From Caecitellus pseudoparvulus (taxonomy: Eukaryota > Protista > Bigyra: Bicosoecida): DNA of 64,000 nt. Position 1 is the stretch's first letter; each line of letters begins with the position of its first letter. The translations under genes and the position numbers were made by a program. The notes under the pieces were generated by a model. It was not told where the DNA came from, did not search any database, and was given only the letters and a program-made list of their open reading frames with translations. The stretch covers positions 62,001 to 126,000 of the forward strand of contig CBFFRQ010000016.1 in the NCBI GenBank assembly GCA_965644315.1. Direction: 5' to 3'. Shown piece by piece: positions 56,499 to 64,000 of this stretch.

Positions 56499-58525
56499 TC
56501 ACCTTCCTCGCATGAACGCTTGGTACTCTGGATCCGTCCCAACCACATACCCACGCCGTTGGGCCGCCCTACTGTGACTAGGGTGCACGTAAGCTGCACT
56601 GGCACCTCCACCTCCCCCACCATGCACACCCACCTGTGCCCCACCACCACCATGCATGCCCATCCGTGCCCCACCTCCACCTCCCCCACCATGCACACCC
56701 ACCTGTGCCCCACCTCCACCTCCACCATGCACACCCACCTGTGCCCCACCACCACCATGCATGCCCATCCGCGCCCCACCTCCACCTCCACCATGCACAC
56801 CCACCTGTGCCCCACCACCACCATGCATGCCCATCCGTGCCCCACCTCCACCTCCACCATGCACACCCACCTGTGCCCCACCACCACCATGCATGCCCAT
56901 CCGTGCCCCACCTCCACCTCCACCATGCACACCCACCTGTGCCCCACCTCCACCATGCATGCCCATCCGCGCCCCACCTCCACCTCCACCACCATGCACA
57001 CCCACCTGTGCCCCACCACCACCATGCATGCCCATCCGCGCCCCACCTCCACCTCCACCATGCACACCCACCTGTGCCCCACCACCACCATGCACGCCCA
57101 TCCGCGCCCCACCTCCACCTCCACCACCATGCACACCCACCTGTGCCCCACCACCACCATGCATGCCCATCCGTGCCCCACCTCCACCTCCACCATGCAC
57201 ACCCACCTGTGCCCCACCACCACCATGCATGCCCATCCGCGCCCCACCTCCACCTCCCCCACCATGCACACCCACCTGTGCCCCACCTCCACCTCCACCA
57301 TGCACACCCACCTGTGCCCCACCACCACCATGCATGCCCATCCGCGCCCCACCTCCACCTCCACCACCATGCACACCCACCTGTGCCCCACCACCACCTC
57401 CCGCACCCCTTCCGCTGAGTATTGCCGGACGCTCCACCTCTCCGGCCTTCGTGCGTGTCACCTCACTTTGAGCTGGAAGCGCCAGAGGGGGCAGCACGGC
57501 GTCGTACTTCTGCAGCACAAACAAAGCTACCTCTTGGTGTCGCTGCCACACCCCGTTGAGTGCCTGCAGCAGAGGGGCTGCCACTGGAGCCGGCACAACG
57601 GCGGCCTGCACCTGCGCAACTAGCGCAGCACCTGCAGCGTGCCACACTCGCGCCATAGTGAGCTCAGGAACACCAGGCTTCAGCTGACCTCCCCCCACGT
57701 AGGCTACCTTGCGCGTGCAGCAGGGGCAGAGCTGGAAGTGGTCTGGGGAGGGTTGACTCGTCAACGGCAGCGGGCCTTGCATGCAGCAAGCCATGTACTG
57801 GCACTGCTTGAGACCCAGCAGGGAGAGTGCATGGTGCAGCAGGGCGCGGTGAAGGTACAAGGCTTGGGCACTCGCGAGAGCCTCTGGCGAGGGAGCTGTG
57901 GTGCCCAGCCATGCCTGGGCCTGTGTGGCGAAAGTGGCTGGCGAGAGGAAGAGAAACGCAGTGGACTGCTCACCCGGCCCACGCAGCGCAGCCCCATGAG
58001 CACCCACGGAAGAAGTGGTGAAGACCAGGATGCAGCGTTTGCTGGATTTGCCCTGAGCGCCCGGCTGAGAGAGACTGCGTGCCAAGGCATCCGCGACGTT
58101 GTCCAGGGCCAGCCTGCGCAAGGTAGCTCAGCCGTGCCAAGGAAACCCGCAGCCCCATATGGAAGCAAAGTGGCTCACCTTCCCGTGCTCGGTATTGTGA
58201 ACATCTTCAGTTGCTTGCCTTGTAGTGACCGAGGGGCACGAAGCTCCGTGACAGGCATGCCCAGATGCTTCCCAAGCCGTTTCGCATGCGTTTCCCCTGA
58301 CGCTTGACCGAGGTTGACGAAGGCCAACGACGCAGGGGTCTCGCGATTCGACTGGACAAACAATGAGTAGTCTTCGCCAGCCTCAAACATTTCATCCCTG
58401 ATCTTCACAGTGGGGTTGTCCTCGATGCGGAGCAGCCGTCGCCAACCTTCGTCCACTGGCTTTGGCCCACAAGCTGCCTTGGCTGCCAGTAACAGTTGGC
58501 CAGCTGACGGAGCCCCCGCAGCCAT
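56499..58525 (-). CDS. Archaemetzincin (peptidase M54)-like protein with a degenerate active site and a Gly/His-rich repeat tail
   Basis: Intron 58178-58113. LLHHALSLLGLKQCQYMACCMQG...LCPCCTRKV aligns to the archaemetzincin pattern HEXXHXXGXXHC....CxM.G...LCPxCxxK. Confidence 0.65.
56604..57400. repeat. Compound coding minisatellite of two ~30-36 bp subunits encoding GGGG(G)AQVGVH and GGGGG(G)ARMGMH
   Basis: The units CCACCATGCACACCCACCTGTGCCCCA and CCACCATGCATGCCCATCCG(T/C)GCCCCA mostly alternate over ~800 bp. Confidence 0.95.
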
Positions 58526-58842
58526 TACAGTCATACACGTTTGAGGGGGTCTGTATGTCCATCCTGGGATGCCAGCCCGACACCTTAGCCGGACATTGCT
58601 TGAGCCGCTTTGGATTTGGAGAAGGAGATTAGTCGGGATCTGGGCTACTGGCGCCTTCCGGTGTATACCCATGTGTAGATGGCCCCCCTCCAGCCACGAT
58701 GCGACTGGCCTTTCAGTCCTTCTACAACTTCAATTCTCATTACCCTGTACCCCTTCGCTTCACTAGTACGTGAAGCACCTTCGCACCCTGCTTGCTGTAT
58801 TGGCGTCAATCGAGCGCCGGAGCAGCAGCCACCAACCTCACC

Positions 58843-61800
58843 ATGGCGGCAGAAGGCCAACTTGCGTCTCCAGGAGACGTGGAGCTGGGCAGCGCAGGCA
58901 CCAAGCCTGCTCAGGCTGCCGGCCCCAGCAGCGACTTCCAGGTGGACAAGTCCCAACTTGAGGTGCTGGCTGAGAACCGCGAGCTGCCAGACTTGGAGGC
59001 CATTGGAGGCGTGGAAAGCCTGGCCAACAAGCTGCACAGCAACGTGCACTCTGGCCTGACGGACGCTCAGGTGGAGCTGAACCGCGAGAAGTTCGGGCGC
59101 AATGTCATGCCTGACAAGCCCGTGAAGACGCTGCTGCAGCACTTCTGGGAGTCTCTGGACGACCTCACCCTGGCCATCTTGCAGGTGTGTTGCAGTGCTT
59201 GGGCGCCAAGCAGCGCAAAGTCCGCTCACCTGCCCTGTCGCTCCCTCCCCCCGCCCAGGTGGCTGGTGTCGTCTCCATCATCTTCGGTGTCGCAATTTCC
59301 AAGGCCAACGGCGATTGGTTCCAGGTGCGTCTTCAGCAGCGGGCACGCTCGATGGTGTGCAATAACGTCTACGTCACAGTGCTCCTCACCGCACTCCTCT
59401 CTGCCTGGCTCAGGGTGTCGCCATTCTGGCTGCCGTGATTGTCGTCTCTGGCGTGACGAGCTTCCAGAACTTTACTCAGGACCAGCAGTTCGCTGCCCTG
59501 TCTGGTGCGTGGACGACGAGGCAGTGGCGGTGCTTGGCGCCTTGCTGCACTGCACCTACCCGCTCCCGCTCGCAGCTGTCAAGGAGGACCGCCTCGTGGA
59601 GGTGCGCCGCAACGGCCAAGATGTTGACATTTCCATCTACGACGTCGTCGTGGGGGACCTCTTCCGCGCCAAGTCCGGCGAAGTCATGCCCTGTGACGGC
59701 GTGCTGGTGTCTGGCCAGAACGTCAAGGCTGACGAGAGCTCCATGACTGGCGAGAGCAAGGCTGTGGCCAAGTCTCCCCGCTTCCCCTTCATGGTGGGCG
59801 GTTCCAAGCTGGTGTCTGGCGACGGCCGCCTGTTGGTCACGACTGTGGGCGAGGACACATCCTACGGCCGCATTGTGAAGGCCATCCAGAACGAGCCCGA
59901 GAAGGAGACGCCCCTGCAGCAGAAGCTCGAGCGCCTGGCCATCCAGATCGGATACGTCGGCTTCGTCTTCGGCGCCCTGACCACCGTCGTCATCATCATC
60001 GCCTACTTCGCCTCTGGTCGCAGCGACACCGCTGGTGTCGACGGTCAGGCGTCCATCTTCATCGAAATGCTCCGCGCCATCGTGCTGGGCATCACCATTG
60101 TGGTCGTGGCGGTGCCTGAGGGCCTGCCCCTGGCTGTCACCATCTCCCTCGCCTTCTCCATGAAGCGCATGTACTCTGACAAGTGCCTCGTGCGCGAACT
60201 GGCCGCCTGCGAGACAATGGGCAGCGCCACCGCCATCTGCTCTGACAAGACCGGCACCCTGACTGAGAACCGCATGACCGTCAAGCGTGGCTCCTTCCTG
60301 GGCAACTGGGTGAACGGCGCCCCCTCCAGCACTGCTGACGTGGGCGGCGACGCCACTGCCGTGCAGGTGGTGTCCCACTCCTGTGCTCTCAACGCCACCG
60401 CCCGCGTGCAGTACCCCGACGGCCCCGACGGCAAGCCATTCTACGTGAACTCCCCCACTGAGGGCTGCCTGCTGCACATGGTGCACGAGGCCTTCGGTGT
60501 TGACTTCGACGCACTGCGTGACTCCCTGGACTACGAGGTGCCGTTCTACCGCGAGCCCTTCTCCTCTGAGCGCAAGCGCATGACCACCGTGCACAAGGGT
60601 GTGGAGGAGTGGCACGGCGACTACGTCTGCTTCGTCAAGGGTGCCAGTGAGATCGTGCTGGGCTCCGACATCGCTGCCAAGTGGCGCACCACCGACGGCG
60701 AGATCCTGTCCCTGGACGACGAGGTGCCTGAGAAGTATGCCGCCGCGGCAGGCGCCAAGGCGGGCGAGACCATGCGCCAAGTGCTCCTGCGCAACGTCGA
60801 CGAGATGGCCTCAGATGGCTTCCGAACCCTGGGCATCGGCTACCGCCCCATGGCCGCTGCGGACCTGCCCATGGGCGCCGAGGACGCCGACGCCCGTGAC
60901 TCCATCATGAGCCGTGCCCTGCACAGTGGCGAGCTGGAGGCTGGCCTCATCATCACCGCTGTCGTGGGCATCGAGGATCCCGTGCGCGCTGGCGTGCCGG
61001 AGGCTGTGGCGCGCTGCATGAGCGCCGGCATCCGCGTGCGCATGTGCACTGGCGACAACCAGAAGACTGCAGCCAACATCGCCAAGCAGTGCGGCATCCT
61101 GGCCGAGGGCGCGCCCATCGAGGGGCACGTCATGCTGGGCAAGGCCTTCCGTGCACTGTCCGACGAGCAGCGCCTGGCGGCTCTGCCCACGCTGGACGTC
61201 CTTGCCCGCTCCTCCCCCCACGACAAGCTGCTGCTGGTCAAGGGCCTGCAGACGCTGGGTGAGACCGTGTCTGTGACGGGTGACGGCACCAACGACGCGC
61301 CCGCTCTGACCGCTGCCGACATCGGCCTGGCCATGGGCATCGCCGGCACGGAGGTGGCCAAGGAGGCTTCCAAGATCGTCATCACTGACGACCGCTTCAC
61401 GTCCATCGTCACCGCTGTCAAGTGGGGCCGCTCTGTCCTCGGTGCGTCCCCGCCGCCACGCCCGCCGAGGCCGCCACTCCACCCACACACCCCCGCACGC
61501 TTCCCCCCACAGAGAACATCCGCAAGTTCCTGCAGTTCCAGCTCACCATCAACATCGTCGCTCTCCTCGGTGCGTGCACTGCCTTCCCTGCAGTGCGGCT
61601 GCCAGTGTTTCACCCCCTCCCACTCCCCCTCCGCAGTCACCATCATCATCGCCACCACCAACGAGGGTGACACCAGCCGCTTCCCCATCAACCCCGTTCA
61701 ACTGCTGTGGATCAACCTCATCATGGACTCCTTCGCCGCCCTGGCCCTGGCCACGGAGCCCCCCAACGAGGCACTGCTGGAGCAGCGCCCTGTGCGCCGA

Positions 61801-62397
61801 GAGGACCGCCTCATGACGCCCTACATGTGGCGCAACATGATCGGACACTCCATCGTGCAGGTGGCGCTGCTGCTGTGGCTGTCTCTGGACCGCAGCGGTG
61901 CGGAGGTGTTCTTGCTGGACTCCGACAAGCACTTCCAGGACCAGCTGCACTACACCTGTGTCTTCAACGCCTTCGTGTGGCTGCAGATCACCAACAAGAT
62001 CAACTGCCGCAAGCTGCACAACGAGCTGAACGTGTTCGAGGGCATCTTCGAGTCAGGCATCTCACTCTTCATCATCCTGGTCATCATTGCCGGGCAAGTC
62101 TTCATCGTGGAGGTTGGCGGCGACATCACCCTCACCAGCAACCTGGGCGTGGAGCAGTGGTTCATCTGCATTGCCCTGGGCCTCATCTCCTTCCCCGTTG
62201 GCTTCCTGCTCAAGTTCGTCCCGATCCCCGCCCGCTTCCTGGAGGATGAGGAGGGTGAGGGCGCCGACCAGTCCAGCGCCCAGTCCGGCGCCGGCGCAGC
62301 CTCTTCTTCTGACGCTGTGCTCTCCAGCCCGACCGAGGAGGGCCCTGGTGCCACCTCCGAGAAGCTCGTCGCTGAGGGCTCTGGCCCTGAGGCGTGA
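58843..62397 (+). CDS. P-type IIB Ca2+-ATPase (PMCA/Pmc1-like)
   Basis: Five introns. Motifs DESSMTGES, TPLQQKL, VVAVPEGLPLAVTISLA, CETMGSATAICSDKTGTLT, KGASE, TGDN, ARSSPHDK, TGDGTNDAPAL, NIRKFLQFQLTIN and LLWINLIMDS. Confidence 0.97.
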   Translation: MAAEGQLASPGDVELGSAGTKPAQAAGPSSDFQVDKSQLEVLAENRELPDLEAIGGVESLANKLHSNVHSGLTDAQVELNREKFGRNVMPDKPVKTLLQHFWESLDDLTLAILQVCCSAWAPSSAKSAHLPCRSLPPPRWLVSSPSSSVSQFPRPTAIGSRCVFSSGHARWCAITSTSQCSSPHSSLPGSGCRHSGCRDCRLWRDELPELYSGPAVRCPVWCVDDEAVAVLGALLHCTYPLPLAAVKEDRLVEVRRNGQDVDISIYDVVVGDLFRAKSGEVMPCDGVLVSGQNVKADESSMTGESKAVAKSPRFPFMVGGSKLVSGDGRLLVTTVGEDTSYGRIVKAIQNEPEKETPLQQKLERLAIQIGYVGFVFGALTTVVIIIAYFASGRSDTAGVDGQASIFIEMLRAIVLGITIVVVAVPEGLPLAVTISLAFSMKRMYSDKCLVRELAACETMGSATAICSDKTGTLTENRMTVKRGSFLGNWVNGAPSSTADVGGDATAVQVVSHSCALNATARVQYPDGPDGKPFYVNSPTEGCLLHMVHEAFGVDFDALRDSLDYEVPFYREPFSSERKRMTTVHKGVEEWHGDYVCFVKGASEIVLGSDIAAKWRTTDGEILSLDDEVPEKYAAAAGAKAGETMRQVLLRNVDEMASDGFRTLGIGYRPMAAADLPMGAEDADARDSIMSRALHSGELEAGLIITAVVGIEDPVRAGVPEAVARCMSAGIRVRMCTGDNQKTAANIAKQCGILAEGAPIEGHVMLGKAFRALSDEQRLAALPTLDVLARSSPHDKLLLVKGLQTLGETVSVTGDGTNDAPALTAADIGLAMGIAGTEVAKEASKIVITDDRFTSIVTAVKWGRSVLGASPPPRPPRPPLHPHTPARFPPQRTSASSCSSSSPSTSSLSSVRALPSLQCGCQCFTPSHSPSAVTIIIATTNEGDTSRFPINPVQLLWINLIMDSFAALALATEPPNEALLEQRPVRREDRLMTPYMWRNMIGHSIVQVALLLWLSLDRSGAEVFLLDSDKHFQDQLHYTCVFNAFVWLQITNKINCRKLHNELNVFEGIFESGISLFIILVIIAGQVFIVEVGGDITLTSNLGVEQWFICIALGLISFPVGFLLKFVPIPARFLEDEEGEGADQSSAQSGAGAASSSDAVLSSPTEEGPGATSEKLVAEGSGPEA

Positions 62398-62572
62398 GAG
62401 GCGCCAGAGCGGCGACCTCCCGCAGCTGGGCCCTGCAAGCAATGCACCTGCGCCCGGACCTCAGTGTGAACGTTCACCCATAATCCGCACCTAAGCTAGT
62501 CTCGCGAGCGCAGCCACAATGTGCTCGGCAGCCACGGCCCCTGCCCGCTTTACGCTTGCCAGGCTGAGCATT

Positions 62573-62583
62573 CAATTTCCGCA
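62573..62583 (+). promoter_or_regulatory. CAATTTCCGCA motif upstream of PIG-X, preceded by an Inr-like GCATT
   Basis: Sequence GCATTCAATTTCCGCAG; the motif ends 38 nt before ATG 62622. Confidence 0.5.
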
Positions 62584-62621
62584 GGCAAGCCCCCGTCGAA
62601 GTGTCAGTGCGGCACCGAGCG

Positions 62622-64000
62622 ATGGGGGGCCCTGTCCGTGCATGCAAGGCTTTGGTTCTGGGCTGCATCGCCGCTGCTTTGGCGTCCTGCCATGCAGTGC
62701 ACACGACGTTGACCACATGGCAGGGCGACGCCGGTCTGAACGCGGCGCTTGTGGAGGATGTCATGCTGTTTCCCTTGCCCCCCTCTGTGCAGTGGCCAGG
62801 TGGGGCTGTGAAGGCACTGGACGTGGATTTGAAGCTGACGGTGTCCACTTCTGTCTGGGGTTATGCGGGGCTCCTGCCAGGCCAGCGTGCGTCCCTGCTT
62901 GTTGCCGAGGAAGGCTGGGCTGAGCCTGGCGTCGTGTGGCCCCCCGCCGCCGCGGCAAATGCCTCCCTCCTGGCCAAGGCGGCGGCGCTGCTGGAGGCGA
63001 CTCTGCCAGCAGTCACATCATCTCCACTGGCCTTTGGCAGCGCCTCCTTGGTGCGGGAGCTGCAGGCCCCTGCCGTCGCGCACCCTGCGGTGGCTACCCG
63101 TGCCGGACAGCTGCAGCTGCCGCTGCCCGCCCACGAGCCCGCCAGTGCACGGGCGAATTTGCAGTGGCATTCTGCAGTGGAAGTTCCATCTTCCGAGACG
63201 TGGAGGACCTTTGGGAAGCCCGGCGGCAAGCAGCCGCTGTCTGCGGCCTCGGAGCCGGGGTTGCGGTGGGGCGGCGGTTTGGCTCACGCTGAGCAGAGTG
63301 ACGTCGTGCTCTCTGCAAGTCTCGACCACATCGTCCCGGGTGATGTGCATCAAGGTGGCATCATGGGGGCAGTTCCGGGCTTGCCTGCACTGGGTGCTGC
63401 GCCTGATGAAGTCACCGCAGTGCACATGAGTCTGGTGCCTGCGCTGAAGGCAGGCTTCGTCCAGGCGCGACTGACGCGCGTGCTGGAGTTTGGACGGACC
63501 CCTGCTGCTCCTCCACAGCTGCAGGTTCCATCAGATTCCCTTCTACAGGCGCAGGGGCTTGTTCCTTGCGCTGAGGCCGAGTGGGCTCAGCCAGTGGATT
63601 TGAGCAGCCTTGCAGAAGCCGGCCGCACGACAGCGGTGGTGTCTCACAGCCCGGAAAACTGCACAGTGTCCAGAACAAGCAGAGACGGTGGACAGGGTGC
63701 TGTGCTACCTGCTTTGCTGCAGCCCAGCACTTCCATCATGCCAGCACGAGTGGAGCGCCGCGTACTGGACACGGGTTTGCATCGAGAGGTGGTGTACAAA
63801 GCCACAGCCACCATTCCAAGCCTGCATTCTGCCCCGGGGCACACCTGTTTTGCCGCCATTCAACAGCGCCTGGAGCGCACTGCGTATGTTGACTTGGATG
63901 AGCTGCGGGAAGTGCAGCGTGTGGGCGGGCCTGACTTTGCGTCGCACACACATTACATTGACGTCGAGCGGCCGGCTTCTGCTTCCACCCAGCACGAAGT
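62622..64000 (+). CDS. PIGX: PIG-X/PBN1-like GPI mannosyltransferase I accessory subunit, 3' truncated (absent from the ORF track)
   Basis: My translation is open from ATG 62622 to the window end. It has a signal peptide (ALVLGCIAAALASCHA) and TGLHREV...CFAAIQQRLERTAYVDLDELR...YIDVERPAS, matching the PIG-X pattern G.HR...C....LP...YVD..EL...ID.E.P. Confidence 0.7.
   Translation, partial: MGGPVRACKALVLGCIAAALASCHAVHTTLTTWQGDAGLNAALVEDVMLFPLPPSVQWPGGAVKALDVDLKLTVSTSVWGYAGLLPGQRASLLVAEEGWAEPGVVWPPAAAANASLLAKAAALLEATLPAVTSSPLAFGSASLVRELQAPAVAHPAVATRAGQLQLPLPAHEPASARANLQWHSAVEVPSSETWRTFGKPGGKQPLSAASEPGLRWGGGLAHAEQSDVVLSASLDHIVPGDVHQGGIMGAVPGLPALGAAPDEVTAVHMSLVPALKAGFVQARLTRVLEFGRTPAAPPQLQVPSDSLLQAQGLVPCAEAEWAQPVDLSSLAEAGRTTAVVSHSPENCTVSRTSRDGGQGAVLPALLQPSTSIMPARVERRVLDTGLHREVVYKATATIPSLHSAPGHTCFAAIQQRLERTAYVDLDELREVQRVGGPDFASHTHYIDVERPASASTQHE

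Noticed and set aside
56604-57400. Possible CRISPR-like or telomeric array
   Set aside because: There are no unique spacers, the unit lengths are multiples of 3, and the array is in frame within a CDS.
56256-57623. Plus-strand His-rich, Thr-rich and extensin-like (PPPPPCTPTCA) ORFs over the minisatellite
   Set aside because: The repeat simply lacks stop codons in these frames. Only the minus Gly frame is continuous with a recognisable domain.
1-64000. A prokaryote-style operon, defence island or biosynthetic cluster
   Set aside because: The genes are intron-containing eukaryotic genes of unrelated function on mixed strands; there is no functional clustering beyond chance.

Overview
Gene-dense eukaryotic nuclear DNA, GC-rich outside one trough, with short (~65-150 nt) GT-AG introns, tiny intergenic gaps and many convergent or divergent gene pairs. 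The style suggests a heterotrophic protist, possibly a stramenopile flagellate; this taxonomy is an inference only. I built about 30 spliced gene models by hand. Most are housekeeping genes: acyl-CoA thioesterase, NDUFB7, SLC25A44-like carrier, formin, TVP15/COPI-associated, YAE1, DHHC, acyltransferase-3, MetAP, DCAF4-like, MCM4, ZIP, PP2A B56-like, C9orf78/Tls1, RPN12, SEC22, AFG2-like AAA, AIFM2-like, GOSR2, PMCA and PIG-X. I saw no tRNA, rRNA, CRISPR array or recognisable transposon. Main observations: (1) a ~3.2 kb gene-free low-GC trough (11.1-14.3 kb) whose strand skew flips from A/C-rich to G/T-rich, a candidate centromere and/or replication origin; (2) next to it, a gene that after splicing reads KH-like + LOTUS + U-box-like, plus a second LOTUS protein embedded in prion-like disordered sequence, together hinting at an RNA-granule/ubiquitin system; (3) an SH3-FH2 formin with no FH1; (4) a recurrent start-proximal motif CAATTTCCGC and a recurrent (A)TGCAT(T) motif at convergent 3' ends; (5) a catalytically dead archaemetzincin with a Gly/His/Met repeat tail; (6) a B56-like HEAT domain split by huge G/C-run insertions. 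All family calls come from motif recognition by eye, not database searches.
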